A stretch of 64,000 nt of DNA from a virus: the IMG/VR virus record IMGVR_UViG_3300027280_000002, positions 1 to 64,000 of that record. The stretch is one strand, 5' to 3'. A program made the translations under genes and the position numbers. Of the stretch, positions 38,587 through 47,888 are shown piece after piece (position 1 is the first letter of the stretch; every line of letters begins with the position of its first letter). Under the pieces are notes generated by a model. That model was given only the letters and a program-made list of their open reading frames with translations. It was not told the DNA's origin and did no database searches.

Positions 38587-38617
38587 CAAAAGTAATGAAT
38601 TTAGTTAGATTACCAAA
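38587..38617 (-). promoter_or_regulatory. Bacteroidota -33/-7 promoter for the replication operon
   Basis: Minus strand TTTG-N19-TACTTTTG. Confidence 0.7.
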
Positions 38618-39185
38618 TAGAAAACCCACCACAATTCTTAAGAAACTTAATAAATTCCTTAATCAACCACAGAGGTGTACCGTGTGAAGGGTAATATACA
38701 TTTCCATCATCACTAACGATACTAGTAAACATAATTGTACCATAAGGATAATCTTTGTTAAGTTTCTCTGTTGTCTCATCATCTATTAATCCCTGACTTC
38801 CTCTTTGATTCCAAGAATTCATGTTACAATAAATTACATCCTCAGGATCTATTAAATTATCTTCTTGATCAACAACTTTTTCTAGTGCATCTGCTACAGC
38901 ATTACACTCTTGCCAGTTATCTAACCCCATGCCATCATTACCCATCCATTCATCAAAGTTAAACTTAAGTTCATGTTGTTCTGCTGCATGTTTACATAAC
39001 ATAACTATCGGTCTCCAGGACCACCAATTACTTCTAAAGTAATAACCAGGGTTATTATGTTCCCATTTCTCTACTGCGTCCCAGTATTCTTTCTTTTGCT
39101 TATCAGTAACACTGTCATCATTGTAATCAATCTCAGGTTTCTTGCCTATTAACTTTGGCGCTTTGCCATAAATATCTACTCCCAT
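38610..39185 (-). CDS. Conserved hypothetical phage protein
   Basis: MGVDIYG, YFRSNWWSWRP, EFIKFLKNCGGFSIW. Confidence 0.8.
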   Translation of the reverse strand: MGVDIYGKAPKLIGKKPEIDYNDDSVTDKQKKEYWDAVEKWEHNNPGYYFRSNWWSWRPIVMLCKHAAEQHELKFNFDEWMGNDGMGLDNWQECNAVADALEKVVDQEDNLIDPEDVIYCNMNSWNQRGSQGLIDDETTEKLNKDYPYGTIMFTSIVSDDGNVYYPSHGTPLWLIKEFIKFLKNCGGFSIW

Positions 39186-39187
39186 AA

Positions 39188-39310
39188 TTATTTGATTTTT
39201 TTATATGCTGCTAGCATTTGTTTCTCGTTTTTAACGTATTTATTATTTATCTTAAGCATCCATCTTTGAAATGCTTGTCTTCTTAGTATTTTATTTGCAC
39301 CTGTTGCCAT
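39188..39310 (-). CDS. Hypothetical protein (40 aa)
   Basis: Likely start MATGANK at 39310. Confidence 0.55.
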   Translation of the reverse strand: MATGANKILRRQAFQRWMLKINNKYVKNEKQMLAAYKKIK

Positions 39311-39311
39311 A

Positions 39312-39440
39312 TTAAATAGTATCTTCCCAATAAGGGTCTGGTTCTTCTTGTTCGTTAAACTCTGCATGTTCTTTACAATCAGAGCATCTATCTGTGTCAT
39401 ACCATCTTGATGCGCCACAGCAATCACTTAGCTCTTCCAT
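39312..39440 (-). CDS. Small zinc-binding protein (42 aa; not in ORF track)
   Basis: MEELSDCCGA...RCSDCKEH. Confidence 0.65.
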   Translation of the reverse strand: MEELSDCCGASRWYDTDRCSDCKEHAEFNEQEEPDPYWEDTI

Positions 39441-39559
39441 TAGTATCTGTAATCATTATTATCAAAGTCTTCCCAATCTTCTGGCCATAGAAGTTTGCCT
39501 ATAAATTTTCCTAGCACTAACGCTATAGCTGCTAAGCCTAACCACATAATTGTTTCCAT
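39440..39559 (-). CDS. Small membrane protein (39 aa)
   Basis: METIMWLGLAAIALVLGKFIGKLLWPEDW...; TAATG coupling. Confidence 0.6.
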   Translation of the reverse strand: METIMWLGLAAIALVLGKFIGKLLWPEDWEDFDNNDYRY

Positions 39560-39583
39560 AATTCTAATTGTTTAAGTTTATTA

Positions 39584-40042
39584 TTAAATTTCTATATCTT
39601 CGTCTTCATCATCTAGTAATCCACGTAAAATGACAAGGTTTTCTTCGTAAATAGGAAGAATTCTACCCTTCTCTAACTCATCATCATCTACAAGGATTTC
39701 AATGAGTCCATCAAAGTCTCTCATGACTATGTTCATTTCCTTGACTGTAAAGTCTTGTAGTTCTGTTTCATGCATAGGATGATCGAACCATCCTATTTCA
39801 TCAGGTGTTGCTACAACCTTACCATCCTCATCTATTAAATAGGGATAAACAGGGAAACCATTGTTCATGTAAACTATTTCTGTGCTATGTTCAGCAATAT
39901 TAAATCCAGAACTACTTAATGAAAACAACTCTAGATGTTCTTTTTCTTCACTACCAGGGTATAAATGATTCATAAATATCATTTCTTCGTTTAATTCATC
40001 TGCGTCATAATGACGAAAATGTAATTCAGTTGCTATCCACAT
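39584..40042 (-). CDS. Acidic hypothetical protein
   Basis: 152-aa ORF. Confidence 0.7.
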   Translation of the reverse strand: MWIATELHFRHYDADELNEEMIFMNHLYPGSEEKEHLELFSLSSSGFNIAEHSTEIVYMNNGFPVYPYLIDEDGKVVATPDEIGWFDHPMHETELQDFTVKEMNIVMRDFDGLIEILVDDDELEKGRILPIYEENLVILRGLLDDEDEDIEI

Positions 40043-40326
40043 TATATTCTCTTTTTAGGTGTTGGTGACATTAATTCATAAACACTGTATTGTGATGACA
40101 GTCTTAGTAATATGTGAAGCATTTCAGCTTCTTCTATTGTCCATTGTTCTTGACCGGCAATCTCAAACACTTTTACATGTGTTTTATTTATGTCTAGCTG
40201 CATACATAATTTATCATCACAATATAACATGTGACTTTCTTGTAAATCATTATTCATTACTAAGTAATCATAAGCATGTACATCATCTACTATGACTTGC
40301 TCTTTGTGAAGGTGTTTTAGTTCCAT
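40042..40326 (-). CDS. Hypothetical protein
   Basis: 94-aa ORF. Confidence 0.65.
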   Translation of the reverse strand: MELKHLHKEQVIVDDVHAYDYLVMNNDLQESHMLYCDDKLCMQLDINKTHVKVFEIAGQEQWTIEEAEMLHILLRLSSQYSVYELMSPTPKKRI

Positions 40327-40409
40327 TTTTTAAGTTTTATTTAATAGTTCGTTTTTTATTTTTAATAACTTCGGCAGCAAACACTATTTAGTGACGAAGT
40401 ATAGTTTTT

Positions 40410-40703
40410 CTAGAATAATCCATAGAGGTGATATTTAAGTTTTATTTCCTCACCTCGTTTTATATCTCTAATTGTTAAAAGATGTAGTGTTTCTTCTACA
40501 ACTATTAACTGCACATTAGGATCTTCACTATGATTAATGAATCCACCTAATGGAGTTCTTATATAATTGTGCTCATAATTTTCATTACGCACATGAGTTA
40601 TTCCTAAGTCAATACCTTTAAGAAGTTTTTTTCTAGCAAACACACCTAACCCATGTATTGAAGATTTTCTTATTGTAAGACTTTCTGGTAATGGTTTATA
40701 CAT
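40410..40703 (-). CDS. SET-domain protein (putative lysine methyltransferase)
   Basis: SSIHGLGVFA, FINHSEDPN, RDIKRGEEIKLKY. Confidence 0.9.
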   Translation of the reverse strand: MYKPLPESLTIRKSSIHGLGVFARKKLLKGIDLGITHVRNENYEHNYIRTPLGGFINHSEDPNVQLIVVEETLHLLTIRDIKRGEEIKLKYHLYGLF

Positions 40704-40722
40704 CTTTTATTATTTTAATCAT

Positions 40723-40947
40723 CTATAATATTGCTACTTCAACCCATCCTTTTTCTGAATAACTTATTTCTGCAACATAGCCATCATCTTTGAGTTCTTG
40801 TTCTAATTCTAATGCAGCTTCCCACAATTCTGGTTCAGGAATTTCATCATGTTCATTGTCATGACATATAGCACCTTGGCACTCGTAAAATTCATGTTCT
40901 TGATTCCACTCAAATCTCCAGTTGTCAATTGTTTTGTATTTTTCCAT
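40723..40947 (-). CDS. Acidic hypothetical protein
   Basis: 74-aa ORF. Confidence 0.65.
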   Translation of the reverse strand: MEKYKTIDNWRFEWNQEHEFYECQGAICHDNEHDEIPEPELWEAALELEQELKDDGYVAEISYSEKGWVEVAIL

Positions 40948-40948
40948 T

Positions 40949-41299
40949 TTATTTTTCTATTGATAATGTTATGTTATTCCACTTTCCTCCTTTTAATGAT
41001 TGATCAACTAAAAAGTCTATTCTTTTAGTCCATCTTTTATTCATTCTGTCTTGTACTGTCCATAGCCCATCCATTGAACCTGCTCCTTGAACACAAACAA
41101 CAGTTCCAAAAGTATACCCTAGAGGTTCTAAATCTCTGGACACAGCAATCCATCTATGACCTCCAGGATTATCTTTATCTATAACTTTGTTAGACGCTGT
41201 TATAAATGGTGTATCATCTGTTTGTCCAGGAACAGCATGATAAATTGTTGCTGTCACTGAAACTTTAAGTGTAAACAGTATTAGTATTAACGTTTTCAT
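40949..41299 (-). CDS. 3D-domain (MltA-like) peptidoglycan-acting protein
   Basis: VTATIY, QTDDTPFITAS, IAVSRDL, VQDRMN, RIDFL. Confidence 0.8.
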   Translation of the reverse strand: MKTLILILFTLKVSVTATIYHAVPGQTDDTPFITASNKVIDKDNPGGHRWIAVSRDLEPLGYTFGTVVCVQGAGSMDGLWTVQDRMNKRWTKRIDFLVDQSLKGGKWNNITLSIEK

Positions 41300-41532
41300 A
41301 TTTCCATTTTATTTAAGATTAATGCTTCTATTTCTTCTATAGTCTCATAATGTAGAATACCAATGATATCTTGATCTCCACATAATATTATATGTGACTC
41401 AAACTCTGCAGGTGCTCCTGGGTAACCACTACCATCAGATGATACGTAAGTTATTTCTGATTCACCTGGACTGTAATAACCAGTAACAGTAAGTGCTACT
41501 TCTAAGTATTTTATATCTATACTAATTTTCAT
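41296..41532 (-). CDS. Hypothetical protein
   Basis: DGSGYPG motif. Confidence 0.65.
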   Translation of the reverse strand: MKISIDIKYLEVALTVTGYYSPGESEITYVSSDGSGYPGAPAEFESHIILCGDQDIIGILHYETIEEIEALILNKMEI

Positions 41533-41534
41533 AA

Positions 41535-41711
41535 TTATTTATCTTTAATTTCTACATACTTTCCTTCAACCTTATCAATGCTATAAACATCAAGATATCT
41601 ATAAAGAGTTCGCTCAGTTATTTCTAACTTTTTAGCAGCATTAGCTTTATGTCCATCACATCTGTTCATAGCTTTGATAATAAGTATTATGTGTGCTTCT
41701 CTAATCGTCAT
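41535..41711 (-). CDS. Fis-type HTH protein (58 aa; not in ORF track)
   Basis: IIKAMNRCDGHKANAAKKLEITERTLYRYL. Confidence 0.8.
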   Translation of the reverse strand: MTIREAHIILIIKAMNRCDGHKANAAKKLEITERTLYRYLDVYSIDKVEGKYVEIKDK

Positions 41712-42030
41712 TCATCAACTCTTCTAGCTCATCTATTGCCTCTTCTACAAAAACACTGTCCATATCATCTACATAGATAGTTACTGGTTTTTTAGATTTT
41801 GCACTGTCTTCAAAGTTGTACCTAATAAATTCTACCAAAGCATCACTTAAATCGCTATCATAGTAATTGACATTTTCATTTACGTGAATGTTATTAATGT
41901 CACTTGTAGCTATATACACTGAATAGCCATCAGCTGTTGATTCTTCGTAAATGTAATAAGCGTGACTATTTGCCCACTCATCTGATATTGTAAACTTAAA
42001 ATGTTTCTGTACTGCTTCTAGATTTTTCAT
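41701..42030 (-). CDS. Acidic hypothetical protein
   Basis: 109-aa ORF. Confidence 0.65.
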   Translation of the reverse strand: MKNLEAVQKHFKFTISDEWANSHAYYIYEESTADGYSVYIATSDINNIHVNENVNYYDSDLSDALVEFIRYNFEDSAKSKKPVTIYVDDMDSVFVEEAIDELEELMNDD

Positions 42031-42035
42031 GTTTT

Positions 42036-42194
42036 TTATTTTATTAGTTGTGTTATAATTAGTGACATTCCTATAATTGCTATCACTATTAGTACTATAA
42101 ATTTACAGATTTCTTCTGTCTTTTGTTTACGTGCTTCAGACTCTTTTAGAGCCTTAACGTAATCTATTTTAAAATCTTTGTTCTTTTTTTTCAT
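42036..42194 (-). CDS. Small membrane protein (52 aa)
   Basis: MKKKNKDFK... followed by a C-terminal TM segment. Confidence 0.55.
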   Translation of the reverse strand: MKKKNKDFKIDYVKALKESEARKQKTEEICKFIVLIVIAIIGMSLIITQLIK

Positions 42195-42352
42195 ATCAAT
42201 ATCCTATTTGTTCTAGAGCTTCATCTTTAGCTTCCACTGTGTAAATGGTGTTAGCAATGTTGCACATGAATAACACTCCATATAGGAATGCAACTTTTCT
42301 AAATCTGTAAAACTCTACTGGTGTTAGTTTAATCTTTCTCATTTTGTATTTA

Positions 42353-42541
42353 TTAATGGTTTAACTTATTTATTACTTCTATCCACTTATCACCTTGAGC
42401 AACTACTTGCTCATTATTAATGTCAAAGACATACCATCTATCAAAGACTTTAACCTTTGCTAATTGTACATCTATTTTTCTACTCTTCAATCTAAATCTT
42501 CCTTTGTTAGGTATAGTAACCCAACGCTTCTTATCATTCAT
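42353..42541 (-). CDS. Hypothetical protein, one of several small ORFs at 42.0-42.9 kb
   Basis: 62-aa ORF on the coding strand. Confidence 0.6.
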   Translation of the reverse strand: MNDKKRWVTIPNKGRFRLKSRKIDVQLAKVKVFDRWYVFDINNEQVVAQGDKWIEVINKLNH

Positions 42542-43123
42542 TCTTTACTCTCTTTCAGAGCATCTTCAAGTCTTTGAAGTCTAAGTTTCTTTTCTTCTTG
42601 CCATTCCTCATAGCATTGTTGACATGTATGTACCTCATCACAGGTACAAGTTAGCTCAGGAGATATCTTATAGAGCTCCCAAGCAAATTGTGCATCTTCA
42701 AAAAACATAACCTAAACTATTTCTTTGACTTCAAATTCTTTTCCTTCTGAGTTGAATCTCTGAGAAAGGGCTTGCTTCATTATATAAGCTTGTCCACGAT
42801 TAGTGAAAATACCCCATTTAGTATTATCAGATCCTTGGACGTAATGTGTATATTCAAACATAATCTTATTAGTACAATGCTCTTCAGCTTTAGAGCTCCC
42901 TAACTTAATATAAGCATAGAGAGAAAGTTATTAGGAGATAGTATAAGAATAGCATGTTAATGCTATATATATATTATAGGTGATGATTTGTATCACCGTG
43001 ATAAATGTGGCAAATAGTATGGAGTGTGTACACTACCTCTCTTACATTCACACAAAACATATAGTTTTTGTTGTATAAGTAAGGCCCACACCTAAAGAAA
43101 GGCATCTTTCCCACCCTATATAT

Positions 43124-43153
43124 AAAGAAGAGAGGTGTTACGCTCTCCTCTTT
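43124..43153 (-). terminator. Terminator-like hairpin after ORF 43165-43614
   Basis: Minus strand AAAGAGGAGAG-CGTAACAC-CTCTCTTCTTT. Confidence 0.55.
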
Positions 43154-43164
43154 AAGGGTTTTGC

Positions 43165-43614
43165 TTAGAAAGCAAAGAGTTCATCAGACTCCAACGGTGC
43201 TGCGTACTCAACAACTTTCACGTCCTTAGCTTTAATCTCAATCACATTCTCTTCACCATCTGGCATTTGGATTTGCGCAACTGGCACAAACAACTGCTCC
43301 CCAGTTTCCTCATCAAACATTTGCTCACCGTTAGCATCACGCTGAAAAGCTTTTGACTCAAAGATGTCAAAAGACATTAAGTTACCAATGTTAATCGACT
43401 TGTCACGCACACCTGCACTAACTTCCTTGGAACAAGTAACATTTGCTTCCAGTCCTTTTTCATTAACAAGAGTAACGTAAACACGCTTAGTTCCTTTTAA
43501 GTTCTTCTTGATGAACTTAATAGAACCGTTAGGTCCGATTGTTTCTGCAACATTTCCAATTACTACTCTTTCTACTGTGGTACGTGTACCAAACTTGATT
43601 AATTCACTACTCAT
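43165..43614 (-). CDS. Hypothetical protein, first gene of the leftward arm
   Basis: 149 aa, stand-alone with its own hairpin; beta-rich with an acidic C-terminus ending ELFAF. Confidence 0.8.
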   Translation of the reverse strand: MSSELIKFGTRTTVERVVIGNVAETIGPNGSIKFIKKNLKGTKRVYVTLVNEKGLEANVTCSKEVSAGVRDKSINIGNLMSFDIFESKAFQRDANGEQMFDEETGEQLFVPVAQIQMPDGEENVIEIKAKDVKVVEYAAPLESDELFAF

Positions 43615-43761
43615 AATCTTAGGTATTTAAATTTTTCGCATGTTCTATCAAAGGGGGGATACCCCCACCACGCTTTTTTTATGTGGGGTTTCAATAGGAA
43701 GGGGTCTCCTGTCGCACACATAAGGTGGGTGGGGCGTTTTTTAAAAAAAGTTTTTTGAAAA

Positions 43762-43794
43762 TTTGGTAGTTAACCAAAAAATGTCATACCTTTG
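43762..43794 (+). promoter_or_regulatory. Bacteroidota -33/-7 promoter
   Basis: TTTG (43762)-N21-TACCTTTG (43787). Confidence 0.65.
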
Positions 43795-43917
43795 GTGGGT
43801 GGGTGGGTTATTAATAAACCTCTTATTTAGGTTCTTAGTAACTACTATATTATGAATGCTTATACATAATATAGCTTTTATAGAAAGATAATTAGGATAA
43901 GTCAATTATATTTTTTA

Positions 43918-43925
43918 TATATTTG
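43918..43925 (+). promoter_or_regulatory. -7 element (TATATTTG) for the structural module
   Basis: 30 nt upstream of the ATG at 43956. Confidence 0.6.
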
Positions 43926-43955
43926 CATATAGTATAAAGACAATACAACTAAATA

Positions 43956-44396
43956 ATGGAAGCACATAAATCAAAAGTAGTACAAAAGCTAGGAAAAGAG
44001 TATGATGACAAGTATAATCTTGCTCAAAAGTACTATGCATTACTATCAGCTTTAAACAATTTGAAACTTACAGAAAGAGAGTTACAACTTGTATCTTATA
44101 CAGCAATCAAGGGTACAATTACTTATGCTAACGCACGTGCAGAGTTTTGTGAAATGTACAACACTACAACAGCCACTATAAACAACATAGTGAGTAAGCT
44201 AAAAAGAATGGGCATATTTATAAAAAAAGATGGAAAGATTAAAGTAAACCCTGTAATAGTTTTAGACTTTGATAAAAACATAACTCTACTGATAAAACTA
44301 AATCATGAAGAAGATAGACAAAACACGGACATCCTTGAGGCAACACATAATCAAGAAGATGGCAATAGGGATGGTGATCTCAGAGAAAGTAATTGA
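43956..44396 (+). CDS. Winged HTH DNA-binding protein
   Basis: LTERELQL...TTATINNIVSKLKRMGIFIK. Confidence 0.7.
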   Translation: MEAHKSKVVQKLGKEYDDKYNLAQKYYALLSALNNLKLTERELQLVSYTAIKGTITYANARAEFCEMYNTTTATINNIVSKLKRMGIFIKKDGKIKVNPVIVLDFDKNITLLIKLNHEEDRQNTDILEATHNQEDGNRDGDLRESN

Positions 44397-44664
44397 TAGA
44401 GTGATAACACATCAGTTCAATTCCGCTGAAGACGCCACTAGAGATAAGAACAGTATCGAAATATCAGGGTTTGGAAAATTTGTTTTTAATCTAGCAAAAG
44501 CAAATAAAAAAATCGAAAAGCTTGAGATTGTTAAAGAGTCGTATATACGAATGCTAGCCGAAAACACATTGCCAGAAAAGAAACTGGATGTGATCAAGAG
44601 TAAACTAAGTAATCTAAATTTAACATTAAGTTCTATAAAACCAAAAGTACAAGATGAAACTTAA
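44305..44664 (+). CDS. HU/IHF-like DNA-binding protein
   Basis: IIKKMA...VIDRVI...SIEISGFGKF; a usual member of the crAss-like capsid module. Confidence 0.75.
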   Translation: MKKIDKTRTSLRQHIIKKMAIGMVISEKVIDRVITHQFNSAEDATRDKNSIEISGFGKFVFNLAKANKKIEKLEIVKESYIRMLAENTLPEKKLDVIKSKLSNLNLTLSSIKPKVQDET

Positions 44665-44944
44665 CATATCACAAATTTACGAAGGGTGGAAAAACAATTT
44701 ACTTCCTGCTTCAGACATGAAAGAAGAGATTGAAAGAATAAGTAAGGAAAGGTTAGATATATGTAAAAGTTGTCCTAATCATTCTAGTAATCATAAAACA
44801 GTGAGGCCAGATGAACATTGTGTTAGTTGCGGATGTACTTTGTCAGCTAAAACAAAATGCTTATCTTGCGAATGTCCTATTTTTAAATGGGTAGCTGTAT
44901 TATCAGATGAACAACAAGATGTAATAGAAGATAAAAAGCTATGA
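44654..44944 (+). CDS. Cys-rich metal-binding protein
   Basis: RLDICKSCP...CVSCGC..AKT...CP..KW. Confidence 0.75.
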   Translation: MKLNISQIYEGWKNNLLPASDMKEEIERISKERLDICKSCPNHSSNHKTVRPDEHCVSCGCTLSAKTKCLSCECPIFKWVAVLSDEQQDVIEDKKL

Positions 44945-45216
44945 GTAAAAAAGACAAAATGACAATGCGTAAGGTTTCTCTCATATCATTAATAGATTTA
45001 CTAAAACAAATCTATGATGAAGGAGCTGATTACATAGACATAGAAGGAGAGCAAACTGACGGTGAAGAAGATATGTTAAAGATTACAGTTAGACCTGAAT
45101 ACTTTACAGAAATCGAAAGTAATGAAGATGATCCAGATTATGTTGTAACAGAAATGGATTATGAGGAAGAGATCAACCCTATAAAAGAGGATGATGATAT
45201 AAACGATTTAATATAA
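44941..45216 (+). CDS. Acidic hypothetical protein
   Basis: 91-aa ORF. Confidence 0.7.
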   Translation: MSKKDKMTMRKVSLISLIDLLKQIYDEGADYIDIEGEQTDGEEDMLKITVRPEYFTEIESNEDDPDYVVTEMDYEEEINPIKEDDDINDLI

Positions 45217-45220
45217 ACCA

Positions 45221-45478
45221 ATGTACATAAAGCAAATTATAGAAACCATAAACTTACTAAAGGTGAATCACCCTAAGATTAGTATAGGAAAACATATTGC
45301 TACAGCTCTTGATGGAGAAAATATATGGAGCTTAACAGATAAAGAATTTGCTTCATTACTTGATGATTATCAATCTCAATTAGATGCAGTGGAAGTGTTC
45401 GATGAAAACTTTGACGTAGATAAAATAATTGAAGATAGTATGGATTTGACTATAGATGGTCCAGATGAGCTGTACTAA
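45221..45478 (+). CDS. Hypothetical protein
   Basis: 85-aa ORF. Confidence 0.7.
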   Translation: MYIKQIIETINLLKVNHPKISIGKHIATALDGENIWSLTDKEFASLLDDYQSQLDAVEVFDENFDVDKIIEDSMDLTIDGPDELY

Positions 45479-45531
45479 TAACAATGATCTAGTCTTTATA
45501 TATTGGGAAGACGGATGGAATCAAGAAGAAA

Positions 45532-45864
45532 ATGGCAGTAAAACAAACTACATACATAAATGCAGAATTAGACTGGGCTGAAGGACAATTAGTCCAATGG
45601 AAAGCTTATGTTGATGCAAACCCATTACCTACTCTTAAGGATAGAATAGAATTTAAACAAACCGCAAACGGTGGTAGCATTCCTATGGTTGTAGCTTCTA
45701 TTGAAGCACAAGGTAAGTTTATTCAAGACACAATGAAAAACTATTTAGCCCTACTAGGTCAAGTTGATTCGTTACGTGAAAAAGAAGAAAAGAAAAAAGT
45801 AGAAACTAGAGGTGGAGCAACATTAGGTAGTATGGCTGAAGACTTTCTAAAACAAAGAGATTAA
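45532..45864 (+). CDS. Probable terminase small subunit
   Basis: Helical 110-aa ORF directly upstream of TerL, with a C-terminal TRGG; call is positional. Confidence 0.5.
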   Translation: MAVKQTTYINAELDWAEGQLVQWKAYVDANPLPTLKDRIEFKQTANGGSIPMVVASIEAQGKFIQDTMKNYLALLGQVDSLREKEEKKKVETRGGATLGSMAEDFLKQRD

Positions 45865-45866
45865 GT

Positions 45867-47888
45867 ATGAAACTTCATAATATTCAACATAGTGAATGGT
45901 TCATTAATCAAAAACGTATTCCAGATAAAGACTCAGTAGACCATAAAGCTTTCTTTGATCTTCAAAAAGAGCTATGTATGAATGGGTGCATGATGAATGG
46001 GGTGTATATAAATCCATTTTTGTACTGGCACTTAAATGTTTGGCACACAGAAGTAGATACTATAGATGACTATGGTAGAATTAATCAGAAGTATGCAAAC
46101 CCATTACTTAGAGATAACGAATGGCTTGTAACTAATGAGATAGATAGAGCACATAAAGAAAAGAAAGGACTGGTAATACTAGGAATCAGACGTTTTGCAA
46201 AGTCTGTTATAGAAGCTAGTTACATTGGACATGGTGCAACCTTTGATGAGAATTCACAAAACATTATAGCAGGTTTGAATGCGCCTGATATAAAACTAAT
46301 TACAGATAAGATAGATAAAGGATTAAACTTTCTTCCTAAAGAGTGGAGATGGCAGAGAGTAGAAGATAACTGGAAAAATCAAGTTACACTAGGTATAAAA
46401 ACTAAAGGTGGAACAAGAATTCCATTCTCACAAATCCTTATACGTAACTTAGACGGAGGTAATAACGAAGAAGCTATTGCAGGTACAAAACCTAGAAGAC
46501 TTATTATCGATGAGATAGGTAAGGGTAGTTTTCTACGTGGACTACAAGCTGCAATTCCAGGATTCACAACACCTTTTGGTTGGGGATGTTCACCTATATT
46601 AACAGGTACAGGTGGTGACATGAAAATGTTTATGGATGCAAAAAGTTTAATGTTTGACGTAGATAATTTTAATTTTCTTACGTACAACAATGCAAAAGAT
46701 GATAAGCGTATTCACGGTTTGTTCATCTCTAATAAGTATAGAATGGAAGCCAAGGAAGAATCTTCTCTTGGTAAGTTTTTAGAAAAAGAAAAAACTTCTC
46801 CACTACATGAGGTACCTATGATGGTATCGAATCAAGAGTTAGCTGACAAGGTGACTAATGATAACTTAGAAAGATTAAAAAAAGCTGGTGATAGAGTTGC
46901 CTTCTTAAAAGAAAAGATGTACTACCCTCAAGAGGTAGATGACATATTCTTAAATGAGGATACAAACATCTTTGACATAGAAGCTGCTAAGAGGCAGAAG
47001 TATAGAATTAATGAACAAGAAAGAACAGGAGTGCCGGTAATATTGTACGATGATGGAGAAGGTGTAAAGCATGATTTTACTGATAAGTTACCAATAACTA
47101 ATTTTCCATTAAAACAAACAGATCTAAAGGATGCACCTGTTGTTATATATGAATTTCCTATAGAAAATCCTCCATATGGTTTATATGTTGCAGGTATTGA
47201 CCCTTATAGACAAGGTAAATCAGCATATAGTACATCGTTAGGTTCTATATACATATATAAACGTATGCATGCCATAGCTGGTGAGAAGTACCAAGATATG
47301 TTTGTTGCAAGCTATTGTGCTCGTCCTGAAAAGAAAGAAACATGGGATGAACAAGCTAGGTTGCTAATTAAGTATTTTAATGCAAGAGCCTTGTGTGAAA
47401 ATGATGAAATATCTTTTATTGACTATATGATTAGTAAAGGAGATGCTCATTATTTAGAAAGACAACCGGAATGGTTAAAAGAAATAGTACCAAACACTAC
47501 GGTTAGGCGTGATTATGGTATACATAGATCTTCAGAAAAAGTAAGGGACTTCCTGCACGGATGTCTTAAGAAATATACGGAAGATGTTATACATACTGAA
47601 CTTGATGATGAAGGGGAAGTAATCTCATCAGTAAAAGGTATGTCTAAAATATTAGATCCTGTATTACTAGAAGAGATGATACAATATAATGAGACTGGTA
47701 ACTTTGATAGAATTATTGCAGCTGAGTTAGCAATAGGATTAGCAATGAAACTAGATCCAATGATAGGTAGGGTTGGGGCAAAGGAAGATGAGAGAATAAC
47801 CTCACTTTACAAAACAAATAAAAAAAATATTCTTTTTACCGAGTCACGAGGGCTTTTTGGAAGGAAAAAAAATAAACTTTTTTCATAA
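45867..47888 (+). CDS. terL: Terminase large subunit
   Basis: RRFAKS (Walker A), IIDEIGK (Walker B), TGTGG, YVAGIDPY and NFDRI nuclease motifs. Confidence 0.92.
   Translation: MKLHNIQHSEWFINQKRIPDKDSVDHKAFFDLQKELCMNGCMMNGVYINPFLYWHLNVWHTEVDTIDDYGRINQKYANPLLRDNEWLVTNEIDRAHKEKKGLVILGIRRFAKSVIEASYIGHGATFDENSQNIIAGLNAPDIKLITDKIDKGLNFLPKEWRWQRVEDNWKNQVTLGIKTKGGTRIPFSQILIRNLDGGNNEEAIAGTKPRRLIIDEIGKGSFLRGLQAAIPGFTTPFGWGCSPILTGTGGDMKMFMDAKSLMFDVDNFNFLTYNNAKDDKRIHGLFISNKYRMEAKEESSLGKFLEKEKTSPLHEVPMMVSNQELADKVTNDNLERLKKAGDRVAFLKEKMYYPQEVDDIFLNEDTNIFDIEAAKRQKYRINEQERTGVPVILYDDGEGVKHDFTDKLPITNFPLKQTDLKDAPVVIYEFPIENPPYGLYVAGIDPYRQGKSAYSTSLGSIYIYKRMHAIAGEKYQDMFVASYCARPEKKETWDEQARLLIKYFNARALCENDEISFIDYMISKGDAHYLERQPEWLKEIVPNTTVRRDYGIHRSSEKVRDFLHGCLKKYTEDVIHTELDDEGEVISSVKGMSKILDPVLLEEMIQYNETGNFDRIIAAELAIGLAMKLDPMIGRVGAKEDERITSLYKTNKKNILFTESRGLFGRKKNKLFS

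Noticed and set aside
42870-43160. tRNA or other known ncRNA in the large intergenic gaps (also 16480-16760 and 40330-40410)
   Set aside because: No cloverleaf or T-loop GTTCGA pattern was recognised; only isolated hairpins.
36411-47888. Introns or inteins in PolB or TerL (also checked RNR and helicases)
   Set aside because: The ORFs are continuous and compact, with no intein splice motifs or LAGLIDADG inserts recognised.
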